Source: Armatimonadota bacterium (GTDB lineage Bacteria; Vulcanimicrobiota; JACPDS01; JBDRKI01). Taken from it: a stretch of DNA of 64,000 bases. The DNA is taken from the NCBI GenBank assembly GCA_043814095.1, contig JBDRKI010000036.1:42093-106092 (forward strand), read 5' to 3'. Of this stretch, positions 38,108 to 47,918 are shown piece by piece. The number at the start of each line of letters is the position of its first letter. Within the stretch, counting starts at the first letter, position 1. The position numbers and the translations under genes are program-made. The notes under the pieces are model-generated. The model searched no databases. It was not told where the DNA came from and was given only the letters and a program-made list of their open reading frames with translations.

Positions 38108-38812
38108 ATGGATAATGTAATTAACGGTATAAAGGTAATAAAAACAGTAGACGGCATTCCTAAAGGTGTTGTTAATGATACCGTTATGGGAAAAGTCCCT
38201 GTAGTATACCGCTATAATCCTATAAGTAAGTCTTCTGAATGGCTGACGGATACAGCTGAAATAGAAGTCAGTGTAGAATCAGCCGTTAAAACACTTCTTC
38301 ATCAGGTGCGGGTTCTTGTGGGGCAGAAAGGTTATGGTTCCATTGAACACAGGATATTTATAATAGAAGCCGAGACATTAAAGAATTTTGCCGGGGTGCC
38401 GAATGACGGCAAATGCCGCATAGATATTAATTTTACAACAAAAAATATGTTAAAGATTAAATCTTCAATGGAAAGAAATCCTGCGCTAAAGGAACAGTTT
38501 ATAGATCTTATAAGTGATATATATATGGATGCAAGAAGCTGTAATGCTCCTAAAGAAGAGAATATCACCGCGCTTAAAAAATTGCTCTACCGCGCCGGAT
38601 TCAGATATACAAAGAGCTCTTCAAGCAAACTGGGCAGGCTTAGAAAAAATATATATAAAGGCGAAGCAGGGAGAAGGACTAAAACAAGAAAACCTAAGCT
38701 GCCTCCGGGGGCCAGAGCTAAAGTCAGAACACCAAAACAATCTCCTAGGGGAAGGATGAAAAGGTTTGAAGTAAAGGCTCCCAGGTGGATGAGAATATTT
38801 AATAAGATATAA
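38108..38812 (+). CDS. hypothetical protein (ORFan 3) with ~60-aa Lys/Arg/Pro-rich C-terminal tail
   Basis: The track ORF starts at TTG 38096. ATG at 38108 is preferred. The tail is RRTKTRKPKLPPGARAKVRTPKQSPRGRMKRFEVKAPRW. Confidence 0.6.
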   Translation: MDNVINGIKVIKTVDGIPKGVVNDTVMGKVPVVYRYNPISKSSEWLTDTAEIEVSVESAVKTLLHQVRVLVGQKGYGSIEHRIFIIEAETLKNFAGVPNDGKCRIDINFTTKNMLKIKSSMERNPALKEQFIDLISDIYMDARSCNAPKEENITALKKLLYRAGFRYTKSSSSKLGRLRKNIYKGEAGRRTKTRKPKLPPGARAKVRTPKQSPRGRMKRFEVKAPRWMRIFNKI

Positions 38813-38855
38813 GCTTTGCAGGGAAGCTGTTATTATATAAAGAAATACCTTCATT

Positions 38856-41780
38856 ATGAACCAGTTAGATTTATATTCCAGCGATGTCTTAGAGGGTCTT
38901 AATGAAGCACAGCTAAAGGCCGTTTCATTCGGGGAAGGGCCTCTTCTTATAATAGCGGGCGCGGGGACAGGCAAAACTTCCGTTATCACAAAAAGAATAG
39001 CTTATCTTATCTCCGGGAAAAAATGCAGGACAGACCAGATACTTGCCCTTACATTTACCGATAAGGCCGCCCAGGAGATGGAAGAAAGAGTAGACCTTCT
39101 TGTCCCTTACGGATACACGGATGTTATGATATCAACTTTTCATGCATTCGGTGATTTCCTCTTAAAAGAACACGCTTTGGAGATAGGTCTTGCTTATGAT
39201 TTCAAGGTTCTGTCTAAACCCGAGCAGATAATTTTCCTTAAGGAAAATTTATACAAGCTTCCTTTGAAGCATTACAGGCCCGGAGGAAATCCTACTTCTT
39301 ACCTTGACGCCATAACCACCCTTATATCCCGAGCTAAAGATGAAGACATATCTTGCGAAGAATATATAAAATACGCGGAAAAGGTTCTTGATGATGCCCG
39401 CAGGAATGAAGATGTTGAAAAAATTGATGAATATGAAAAGCAAGCAGAGTCAGCAAGTACATATAAAAAGTACCGGGAGCTTATGACAGAGAATGGTTTT
39501 ATTGATTTCGGCGACCAGGTCGGGCTTTGCTTGAAGCTTTTCAGGGAGAACCCTTCAATACTGAAAAAGTACAGGGAAAAATTTAAATACATACTTGTTG
39601 ATGAGTTCCAGGATACAAATCTCGCGCAGTATAAACTTATAAAAATGCTTGCGGGAGGCGAGGGTAATCTTAATGTTGTAGGCGATGACGATCAGAGTAT
39701 ATATAAATTCAGGGGGGCCGCAATAAGCAATATCCTGAATTTTAATAATGATTATCCGGATGCCGAGAAGATTGTCTTGAATACAAACTACAGGTCTACA
39801 CAGAATATACTTGATACCTCCTACAGGTTAATATGCCATAATAATCCCGACAGGCTTGAAGTAAAAAATAATATTGATAAAAAACTTGTAAGTGTAAAAG
39901 GGAAGGGCAGTTATATAGCCAATCAGTCTTTTGACACAATAAGCACCGAGGCCGATTATGTAGCTGATTATATAAAAAAAGGTGTAAAAGGCGGCAGGAA
40001 GTATAAAGATTGCGCAATACTTGTCCGTTCAAATAACGATTCACAAGCATTTATACAGTCTTTAAATATGGCGGGTATACCTTACAGGTTCTCGGGTCAG
40101 GGCGGACTTTATACAGATAGCAATGTACAGCTTTTAATCTCTTTATTAAGGGTTATTAAAGACCCCAATGACAGCATAAGCTTATATAATCTTGCAGTAT
40201 CCCACTTATATAATCTTGACCCTGTTGATATAAAAGACTGTTCAAATACTGCTTATAAAAGAAATCTTCCCTTGTTTAAAATATTCAGAGATTTTGAAAA
40301 GATTTCCGATCTTTCTTCTTTAACGGAAGAAAGTAAAAAAACAATTAAAAAAATATCAGAGGATATAGAGCAGTATGTATCTGATTCTTTTAATATATCC
40401 ACAGGCAAGCTTCTCTATAAATATGTAAAGGATAAGAAGGTTTTAAAAAACCTTCTTGATAAGGAGTGCCCGGGTTCTGAAGAAAAGATTTACAATATTT
40501 CAAAATTCTTTGAAGTAATAAACAATTATGAAAAGCTTTACCCGGGGACGAGACTCCCTCAGTTTGTAGAGCACCTTGACTTTATGATAGCTTCAGGGGA
40601 TAACCCCTCCACCTACCAGGCGGACCCGGATCTTGATTATGTTAATATCCTTACATATCACAAGGCAAAGGGACTGGAGTTTTCGGTTGTGTTTATGGTT
40701 AATCTTGTGCAGGGCAAATTTCCAGTAAGAAACAGGCACGATAAAATAGAGATACCCTTAGAGCTTATTAAAGAAACACTGCCCTCGGGGGACTTTCATA
40801 TCCAGGAAGAAAGAAGACTGTTTTATGTGGGTATGACAAGGGCAAAAGACGAGCTTATCTTTACCTATTCCCGCGATCTTGGAGGCAAGCGCCAGAGGAA
40901 GGCAAGCCAGTTTGTGCTTGAAGCGCTTGACCTTCCAAAAGCGGAAGTGAAATCAAAAAAATCCTCACCGGGTGAATATTTAAAGAGATTTGAAGATATT
41001 AAAGTTAAGCAGGATACCGCGTATTCTGTTTCCGATGATGTTATTTTAACTTTAAGCGCCAATTCAATAGAAGATTATATGGACTGCCCGTTAAGATATA
41101 AATTTATGCATATCCTGAAGATCCCTGTTGCAAAGCATTTCGCATTTATTTACGGCAGCGCCGTGCATAATACAATAAATTATTACCATACGAGAAAGAT
41201 CCAGGGCAAAAAAGTAAAGTTTGAGGAATTAGAAGACGTATTTAAGGCAAACTGGATAAGCGAAGGATTCCTTTCACAGGATCATGAAAAACAGCTGTAC
41301 ACAGAAGGGTTGGAAGTTCTTAAAAAATTCTTTGATAAAAGCGAGAAAGAAAAAGACATACCTACCTGTGTTGAAAAAGAGTTTGCGTTTAGTGTTGATA
41401 ATATAAAGGTGAAGGGAAGATGGGACCGCGTGGATATAGGCAAGAACAGCGCGGTTATTACCGATTACAAAACAAGCAGGATAAAAAACAAAAAAGAAGC
41501 CGATAAACGCGCGAAAGACAGCTTCCAGCTTGCGGTTTACGCGCTTTCGTACCAGAAAATTTATAATAAACCCGCGGATAAAGTCCAGCTTTATTTCCTG
41601 ACGGATGAGATTGCCGGGGAAGCGGTTAAATCGCAGAATGATATTAATGATACAGTTGAAAAGATAAAACAGGCCTCCAAAGGCATAAGGAAAGGTATAT
41701 TTACGGCCAACCCTAATTACATGAACTGCATGTACTGTTCTTATAAAAACTTATGTAATGAAAAAAATAGTGAACAGTAA
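38856..41780 (+). CDS. UvrD/PcrA-type SF1 helicase fused to a Cas4/AddB-type PD-(D/E)XK iron-sulfur nuclease domain
   Basis: 974 aa. Walker A AGAGTGKT. LVDEFQDTN, VGDDDQSIYKFRGA, TYHKAKGLEF and VGMTRAKDEL helicase motifs. The C-terminal nuclease has CPLRYKF ... GRWDRVD ... DYKT ... QLAVYA ... CMYCSYKNLC (C-x2-C-x5-C). Confidence 0.85.
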   Translation: MNQLDLYSSDVLEGLNEAQLKAVSFGEGPLLIIAGAGTGKTSVITKRIAYLISGKKCRTDQILALTFTDKAAQEMEERVDLLVPYGYTDVMISTFHAFGDFLLKEHALEIGLAYDFKVLSKPEQIIFLKENLYKLPLKHYRPGGNPTSYLDAITTLISRAKDEDISCEEYIKYAEKVLDDARRNEDVEKIDEYEKQAESASTYKKYRELMTENGFIDFGDQVGLCLKLFRENPSILKKYREKFKYILVDEFQDTNLAQYKLIKMLAGGEGNLNVVGDDDQSIYKFRGAAISNILNFNNDYPDAEKIVLNTNYRSTQNILDTSYRLICHNNPDRLEVKNNIDKKLVSVKGKGSYIANQSFDTISTEADYVADYIKKGVKGGRKYKDCAILVRSNNDSQAFIQSLNMAGIPYRFSGQGGLYTDSNVQLLISLLRVIKDPNDSISLYNLAVSHLYNLDPVDIKDCSNTAYKRNLPLFKIFRDFEKISDLSSLTEESKKTIKKISEDIEQYVSDSFNISTGKLLYKYVKDKKVLKNLLDKECPGSEEKIYNISKFFEVINNYEKLYPGTRLPQFVEHLDFMIASGDNPSTYQADPDLDYVNILTYHKAKGLEFSVVFMVNLVQGKFPVRNRHDKIEIPLELIKETLPSGDFHIQEERRLFYVGMTRAKDELIFTYSRDLGGKRQRKASQFVLEALDLPKAEVKSKKSSPGEYLKRFEDIKVKQDTAYSVSDDVILTLSANSIEDYMDCPLRYKFMHILKIPVAKHFAFIYGSAVHNTINYYHTRKIQGKKVKFEELEDVFKANWISEGFLSQDHEKQLYTEGLEVLKKFFDKSEKEKDIPTCVEKEFAFSVDNIKVKGRWDRVDIGKNSAVITDYKTSRIKNKKEADKRAKDSFQLAVYALSYQKIYNKPADKVQLYFLTDEIAGEAVKSQNDINDTVEKIKQASKGIRKGIFTANPNYMNCMYCSYKNLCNEKNSEQ

Positions 41781-41811
41781 TAAAGATAGCTAACGTAAGA
41801 GGTGTATGATT

Positions 41812-43614
41812 ATGAAGAGAATAAAATTATTTACATTACTTGTATCCCTTATTATAATCTTTTTTTTAGTCTCATCAGCAACATATGCGGCGGGCTTTGA
41901 CTGGAAGATTACATCATTCTGTTCTTCAATCAAGGTTAATGATGACAGATCAATAGATGTTGAAGAAGTAATAACAACTGATTTTAAATCCCAGATGCAC
42001 GGGATATACCGCTATATACCCACAGTTTTCGGGAAAGGCATGCTGGGGAGCAATTCTTTAGGGTACAAACTTATAAGTATTACGGATGAGAAAGGCGCCC
42101 CGTATCCTTTTAATACTTATACTAAAGGAAATTTTGTAAGCTACAGGATAGGGGACCCGAATAAAACAATAACAGGCAAACATGTTTATGTTATAAAATA
42201 CAGGATGGCAAAAGCGGTTAAAACCTATAAATCTGATAATTTCGCGCCCGGCATTACTGAACACGATGAACTTTATTTTAATGTTACAGGCAACGGCTGG
42301 GCGGTTGATATTGATTACGCCCAGGCGGTCATAATCCTGCCGAAAGCAGGCAACCCCGATATGATGAGAATAAAAGTGTATACCGGGAGTTACGGAAGCA
42401 AGGCAAGCAATAGTGTGGCTAAGATTATAAAGGGGCGGACTTTTTACTGTTCTGCCAGGGATCTTAAGCCGTATGAAGGCTTAACTGTCGCCGCCGGCTG
42501 GCCCGTTGGAATAATTCAGAAAGAGAATAAGACTTTAAATACAATCCTTTTTCTTCTTTCCAACTGGTATTTATTTATACCGTTATTTGTGCTGATAGCG
42601 CTTTTTTATGTATGGTATAAAAACGGGAGGGATATAAAAAGCGGGGATGCTATAATGGCCCAGTATACGCCGCCCGAGAAAAAGAAAGGCGATTGCTTTT
42701 CTCCGCTGGATGTGGGAGTCATAATTGATGAAAGGTTTGATCCAAGGGATCTTACCGCGCAGATTGTTGATCTTGCCGTTAGAGGGTATCTTAAGATAAA
42801 GGAAATAGAAACCTCAAAGATGTTTTTATTTAAGAATAAAGATTATGAGCTTATAAGAACGGATAAAGCGGATACCGATCTTACTCCTTTTGACAGAAAA
42901 CTTTTAAAGAAGCTCTTTAAACACGGGAAAAATAATAAGGTAAAACTCTCAGAGCTAAAGTATGAATTTTCCAGTGATTACACATCTTTAAAAAATGATA
43001 AATACAAAGATCTTGCAAAAGACGGTGTGTTTGTGTCAAATCCCGAGAAAGTGCGTTCGGATTATGTACTTACAGGAATCGGGATAATAATATTTGGTGT
43101 TGTTGCAGCTATAGTTCTCTCCGTTTTTAATATAATATTTTCGCAGGATAAAATCGGCTTGAGTATTTTCTCTGTTGCTCTTTCCGGAGTTATTTTCATA
43201 ATATTCGCGCCTCTTATGCCGAAAAAGACCCCGTTCGGTGCCCAGGTTTTAAACCACATCCGGGGGTTTGAGGATTATATAAAAACAGCGGAGAAGAACC
43301 GAATAGAATGGGAAGTTAAGGAGAATATATTTGAAAAATACCTTCCTTACGCTATGGTCTTCCGTCTTGAAGAGAAGTGGGCACAGAGATTTGAGGGTTT
43401 GTATAAAGAATCTCCGGAATGGTTCATAGCGGTAACACCGTATACGGCTTTTTCCACTTCAAATTTTGTTCATTCAATGAATGACGCGAGCAGTTTTATG
43501 GCAGGCAGCCTGGCATCAGCGCCAAGATCAACGGGTTCCGGCTCTAGCGGTTTCTCCGGCGGCGGGGGATTCTCAGGAGGAGGAAGCGGCGGCGGCGGCG
43601 GCGGCGGCTGGTAA
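41812..43614 (+). CDS. DUF2207-like membrane protein with poly-Gly C-terminus
   Basis: ATG at 41812 is better spaced from AAGAGGTG than the track start 41806. Signal peptide, large extracytoplasmic domain, several TM helices. The tail is GSGSSGFSGGGGFSGGGSGGGGGGGW. Confidence 0.6.
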   Translation: MKRIKLFTLLVSLIIIFFLVSSATYAAGFDWKITSFCSSIKVNDDRSIDVEEVITTDFKSQMHGIYRYIPTVFGKGMLGSNSLGYKLISITDEKGAPYPFNTYTKGNFVSYRIGDPNKTITGKHVYVIKYRMAKAVKTYKSDNFAPGITEHDELYFNVTGNGWAVDIDYAQAVIILPKAGNPDMMRIKVYTGSYGSKASNSVAKIIKGRTFYCSARDLKPYEGLTVAAGWPVGIIQKENKTLNTILFLLSNWYLFIPLFVLIALFYVWYKNGRDIKSGDAIMAQYTPPEKKKGDCFSPLDVGVIIDERFDPRDLTAQIVDLAVRGYLKIKEIETSKMFLFKNKDYELIRTDKADTDLTPFDRKLLKKLFKHGKNNKVKLSELKYEFSSDYTSLKNDKYKDLAKDGVFVSNPEKVRSDYVLTGIGIIIFGVVAAIVLSVFNIIFSQDKIGLSIFSVALSGVIFIIFAPLMPKKTPFGAQVLNHIRGFEDYIKTAEKNRIEWEVKENIFEKYLPYAMVFRLEEKWAQRFEGLYKESPEWFIAVTPYTAFSTSNFVHSMNDASSFMAGSLASAPRSTGSGSSGFSGGGGFSGGGSGGGGGGGW

Positions 43615-43634
43615 ATAAAGATAAGGTGATATTT

Positions 43635-44354
43635 ATGAGAAAAATAACAGTTTTAATAATTTTAGCGGTAATAATTACAACTTCATTTGCATATTCTTTC
43701 CAGCTTGAATTAATAAGTAAAGAGCAGGAAATACAGATAGGGAAAGATGCCGCAAGCCAGATTGAATCCGAATACGGTACTGTTAATAATGCCGCACAGC
43801 TTGCAAAGATAAACAAGATAGGCAAAAAGATAGTAACTGTATGCGATAGACGCGACCTCCCGTATTCATTTAAAATATTAAATACCGACCAGGTTAACGC
43901 CATATGCTGTCCCGGCGGCTTTATATATGTAACAAAAGGGCTTATGAATCTTAAACTCAGCGATGATGAGCTTGCCTGTGTTCTTGCACATGAGATAACA
44001 CACGCGGTGAAAAGACATGCGGTAAACCAGATTACGGCTACCATGGGGGTAGGGGTTCTGCTGGACCTTGTTACCAAAGGGCAGGCGTCCCAGCAGCTCT
44101 CAGGCCAGGTTGTACAGCTCCTTCTCACCCGCGGCCATTCAAGGGATGATGAGTATGACGCAGACCTTACAGGCGCTACTTACGCCTTTTACGCGGGATA
44201 TAATCCTTACGGGATGATATATTTCTTACAGGAACTAAATAAGCTGGAAAAGAGCAATCCTACATTCTTAGACCAGTTTATAGCGACACATCCTCCTAAT
44301 AATGACAGAATAGCAAGGTTAAAGCCCCTATGTAAGAGTCTTACGGGAAAGTAG
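43635..44354 (+). CDS. secreted M48-family zinc metallopeptidase
   Basis: The track ORF starts at GTG 43626. ATG at 43635 follows AAGGTGA. HEITHAVKRH (HExxH) and the C-terminal THPPNNDRIARL block. Confidence 0.8.
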   Translation: MRKITVLIILAVIITTSFAYSFQLELISKEQEIQIGKDAASQIESEYGTVNNAAQLAKINKIGKKIVTVCDRRDLPYSFKILNTDQVNAICCPGGFIYVTKGLMNLKLSDDELACVLAHEITHAVKRHAVNQITATMGVGVLLDLVTKGQASQQLSGQVVQLLLTRGHSRDDEYDADLTGATYAFYAGYNPYGMIYFLQELNKLEKSNPTFLDQFIATHPPNNDRIARLKPLCKSLTGK

Positions 44355-44381
44355 AATAAGTTAGAATTAAAATTAAACTTA

Positions 44382-44413
44382 AAAGAGCAGAGATTTTATT
44401 CCTGCTCTTTTTA
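44382..44413 (+). terminator. rho-independent terminator ending the 36.3-44.4 kb operon
   Basis: AAAGAGCAG-11 nt loop-CTGCTCTTT followed by TTAT. Confidence 0.65.
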
Positions 44414-44504
44414 TATCCTGAATTTGACAAAACTTATATAAATTGTTAAAAATTATAGTATTCATTATTATATATAACCGTTTTTTATATTATCAGGGGG
44501 GAAA

Positions 44505-45311
44505 ATGCAGTTAAAAGGATTAAGCCCTGCCGGTTATTTCTCAAACGCGGGCAGTCTTAAATCTAAAGAAGAAGTAATCACATGGCGTACGGAGAAAGGC
44601 AGACTTGTTAAGATGGTTCTGTACTATAATTCTAACAGGACAGAGGTATCCGCGACTTTCAGAATAACCGTATCGGATGACGGGCTTAATCATTTTGTAT
44701 TTGAATTAAAGCAGAATGGTAATGATTTCAAGGTTGTGGAGAACTATTTTTACGCGCATAATAAATTGACTTCAGATATGTCCGGTAAAAAATATTTAGA
44801 TGCAAAAAAAGAAGTGCTTGCGGTAATAAGATCATTATTGGATACAGAAAATAATAATTCTAAAGCAAAAAAGATAATACAGGTTGTATACGATAAGGTA
44901 ATAAGAGAAAAAGAAATAGATATAAAATACAGGGAAGAAGATAAAGTCCTTCACGCTGCGGGCAGCGGTAAGGCTTTAATTAAAATAGATAGGGGATTTG
45001 ACGAGAACGGCGGGATAAGAAAGATAGTAACTCTTAAGATGAAGCTCTCCTCAGGCGATACCTTTATATACAGATTATTTAAAAGGAAAGAGAAGTATCA
45101 TTTTACAGGTGCTTATAAACCTAGAGTTACATTAGGTCATACACCTATGATATCGGATAATATCTCAGAGACTGAAAGAAGAGAGATACTATCTATCCTG
45201 AATAGTATAAAAACAACACCCGCAACAAAGGATATACTTGAATATATAAAATCAGGTGTCAGGAACCTGACCGATGTTAAACATGGAAAAGTTTATGTGC
45301 GGGTTAAATAA
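44505..45311 (+). CDS. hypothetical protein
   Basis: 268 aa, GGGGGGA RBS, no motif recognised. Confidence 0.6.
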   Translation: MQLKGLSPAGYFSNAGSLKSKEEVITWRTEKGRLVKMVLYYNSNRTEVSATFRITVSDDGLNHFVFELKQNGNDFKVVENYFYAHNKLTSDMSGKKYLDAKKEVLAVIRSLLDTENNNSKAKKIIQVVYDKVIREKEIDIKYREEDKVLHAAGSGKALIKIDRGFDENGGIRKIVTLKMKLSSGDTFIYRLFKRKEKYHFTGAYKPRVTLGHTPMISDNISETERREILSILNSIKTTPATKDILEYIKSGVRNLTDVKHGKVYVRVK

Positions 45312-45381
45312 ATATTGATAAATCAATATTTATTCTATTTATCAAGCAGGAAAATCCTAATACAAATCTAATGGTTAAAAT

Positions 45382-46809
45382 ATGATTTGCAAAACAATAA
45401 TCCAGAAAGTGGATCTTAAAAACAAGAATAATTTCTATTTTTCAGGCATCTGCGGCGCGGGAATGAGCGCTCTTGCTTTTGCATTGCAGAATCTTAAGAA
45501 AAAGGTTTCCGGCTCGGATGTAATGATAGATTTTGGGAAGGTAAGCCCCGTCCTTATGAATCTTAAGAAAAAAAGGATAAAATTAAACTCCCAGGACGGG
45601 TCAGGTCTTTCTAAAGATGTTGATTACCTTGTGGTTAGCAGTGCTATAGAACCGGATAATCCCGATGTAAGGAAAGCGAAAGAGCTGGGGATTCCGATCG
45701 TTCACAGGACAGACCTTCTTCTTGCCTTAATTGAGGATAAATTTCAGATCGCTATCGCCGGTTCAAGCGGCAAGACCACAACTTCCGCGCTGGCGGCCCA
45801 TCTTTTAAATACGGCTAAAGTTGATCCTTCATATTTTGTGGGAGGACTTATTAAAGGGTATAAAGAGCACGAAGCCGTTTATTATGATCAGGAGTCAAAG
45901 TCCATCGTCATAGAAACTGATGAATCGGACAGGACGATTAAAAAATATACTCCTAACATAGGGGTGGTTTTAAGTTTATGCAAGGATCATTACGGTATAA
46001 AGGAACTTGAAAAAGTATTCTATAATTTTGCCCTTCAGTGCAGGGAAAAAGTTATTATAAATAATGATGATCCGCGCCTGCATAAACAGGTAAAAAGATT
46101 GGGCAAAAGAAAAACAGCCCCCAAAGTTATAACTTTTGGCATAAAAAATAGATCTGATTTTCAGGCTAAAAAAATTAAATCAATAGGCGCAAGTAGCGAA
46201 TTTCTGGTAGGAAGCGAGAAATACAAGATAAACCTTCCCGGACTGCATAATATATATAATTCTTTGTCAGTTATAGCAATAGGCAAGGTGCTGGGTTTAA
46301 AGTCAAGTGTAATTAAAAAAGCTTTAAATTCCTTTAAGGGTGTAAGGCGCAGGTTTGAGCTTGTAGCCAGTATAAACGGCGTTACCGTTATAGATGATTT
46401 CGCTCACAATCCGGACAAGATAAAAGCAACTATCCTTGCGGCTAAAGCTATTTCAAAAAGATTAATATTAATTTACCAGCCGCACGGTTTTTATCCCACA
46501 TTGATTAACAGGAATAACCTGCTAAGGGTATGGAAAGAAAATTTAAGAAAAAATGATATCCTTATTCTCCCCGATATCTATATAGCAGGCGGCAAGCTGG
46601 AAGCATGCAAAGATAAAATATCTTCAGATAAGCTTATAAATAATCTTAAAAAACATAAAGTTAAAGCGCATTATATAATAGACAGGGAAGAAATTATTGA
46701 TTTTGTAAAGAATAATGTCCGCTCAAAAGATATAGTTATAGTAATGGGAGCAAGAGACCCGTCTTTATCATATTTTGCGGAAAAAGTCGCACAAGAACTG
46801 AAAAAATGA
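45382..46809 (+). CDS. Mur ligase family protein (MurC/Mpl-like)
   Basis: 475 aa. N-terminal FSGICGAGMSALA...VSGSD, P-loop IAIAGSSGKTTTSAL, and DDFAHNPDKI. Confidence 0.7.
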   Translation: MICKTIIQKVDLKNKNNFYFSGICGAGMSALAFALQNLKKKVSGSDVMIDFGKVSPVLMNLKKKRIKLNSQDGSGLSKDVDYLVVSSAIEPDNPDVRKAKELGIPIVHRTDLLLALIEDKFQIAIAGSSGKTTTSALAAHLLNTAKVDPSYFVGGLIKGYKEHEAVYYDQESKSIVIETDESDRTIKKYTPNIGVVLSLCKDHYGIKELEKVFYNFALQCREKVIINNDDPRLHKQVKRLGKRKTAPKVITFGIKNRSDFQAKKIKSIGASSEFLVGSEKYKINLPGLHNIYNSLSVIAIGKVLGLKSSVIKKALNSFKGVRRRFELVASINGVTVIDDFAHNPDKIKATILAAKAISKRLILIYQPHGFYPTLINRNNLLRVWKENLRKNDILILPDIYIAGGKLEACKDKISSDKLINNLKKHKVKAHYIIDREEIIDFVKNNVRSKDIVIVMGARDPSLSYFAEKVAQELKK

Positions 46810-46824
46810 TGCTGAGGATTTTGT

Positions 46825-47895
46825 ATGAGAGTACTGCCCAGAATAATGATAGAAGATTGGGAGATAAAGAATCTTTCTCCTTTAGCCGCTAAAGCGTCTT
46901 ATTCCAAGGGACGCCTTCATCCGGACGATAAGTGTGACGTAAGGACTGATTTCCAGCGCGACCGCGACAGGATAATTTACTGCAAGTCATTCAGACGCTT
47001 AAAGCACAAAACGCAGGTTTTCATAAAGCCCGAAGGCGATCATTACAGGACGCGCCTTACCCATACACTGGAAGTTGCTCAGATATCGCGTACCATAGCA
47101 AGAGCCTTAAATCTCAATGAAGATCTTACCGAAGCCATCGCCCTGGGCCATGATATCGGCCATTCTCCTTTCGGCCATGCCGGGGAGGCGGCCCTTGACG
47201 AAGTAATTAACGAGTTTGATAAAAAAGCTCATTTTTACCATTCAGAACAGAGCTTAAGGGTGGTTGATCTTCTGGAGAAAGAACACAGGGGTTTAAATCT
47301 TACCAATGAAGTCAGGGACGGCATCCTGAAACATTCCAAGGGAAGGTTCGGGACATTATTTCATCAGGGAAATGAAGAGAATGTAAAGCATATGACTTTA
47401 GAGAGTGAGATAGTCCGTATATCGGACAGGGTGGCATATATAAATCATGATATTGATGATGCCATAAGAGCGGGGATAATAAAAGAGGAGCATCTGCCGA
47501 AAGAATGCTGTTCTCTTTTAGGAAAATCAATATCACAGCGCATAAATTCCATGGTAAAGGATATTATAAGGAACAGTTTTGACAAGAACCATATTATAAT
47601 GGGGGAGGATGTGGCTCAAGCCACGGAAAAATTAAAGGAATTTATGTTTGAAAAAGTATATATGAACTCTCTGGCTAAAACCGATGAAGATAAAGCAAGA
47701 GAAGTGGTTAAAATGCTTTTCTATTACTATATGGATAATACGGACAAGCTCCCGAAAGAAGCCGTTCATCCTTCGCTTAATTTAAACAATAAAAAAGACG
47801 CGGCCCGCGCGGTCTGCGACTTTATATCAGGCATGTCAGACAGGTATGCGATTAACATGTTTGAAAATATAATTATGCCCAAGGGCTGGGTATAA
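46825..47895 (+). CDS. dGTPase-like HD-domain triphosphohydrolase
   Basis: 356 aa. FQRDRDRIIYCKSFRRLKHKTQVF, RLTHTLEVAQISR and GHDIGHSPFGH. Confidence 0.85.
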   Translation: MRVLPRIMIEDWEIKNLSPLAAKASYSKGRLHPDDKCDVRTDFQRDRDRIIYCKSFRRLKHKTQVFIKPEGDHYRTRLTHTLEVAQISRTIARALNLNEDLTEAIALGHDIGHSPFGHAGEAALDEVINEFDKKAHFYHSEQSLRVVDLLEKEHRGLNLTNEVRDGILKHSKGRFGTLFHQGNEENVKHMTLESEIVRISDRVAYINHDIDDAIRAGIIKEEHLPKECCSLLGKSISQRINSMVKDIIRNSFDKNHIIMGEDVAQATEKLKEFMFEKVYMNSLAKTDEDKAREVVKMLFYYYMDNTDKLPKEAVHPSLNLNNKKDAARAVCDFISGMSDRYAINMFENIIMPKGWV

Positions 47896-47918
47896 ATAAT
47901 TAAAATTGAGGTGTGGTT

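Noticed and set aside
36880-38812. Idea that ORFan 1, ORFan 3 and the 27570 protein share a C-terminal K/P/G targeting motif (LPPGG, KLPPGA, KKPSG).
   Set aside because: In ORFan 1 the PGG..PPGG codons coincide with two GGAGG ribosome-binding sequences for the next gene. The remaining similarity is a few residues of low-complexity basic sequence, too weak to call a motif.
43570-43612. (GGC)n and Gly-codon repeats at the 3' end of the DUF2207 gene and at 6720-6775 in the caspase gene, considered as phase-variable simple-sequence tracts.
   Set aside because: The repeats are trinucleotide and in-frame (poly-Gly linker or tail). Slippage would change length, not reading frame, so I see no on/off switch.
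44424-44460. Degenerate fifth copy of the TGTTAACA element upstream of the 44505 ORFan (..TTGACAAAACTTATATAAATTGTTAAAAATTATAG..).
   Set aside because: Only one TTGTTAAA half-match is present, with no 11-bp phased partners and no TGGCAAT or TATGTTAAT boxes. It looks like an ordinary AT-rich promoter region.
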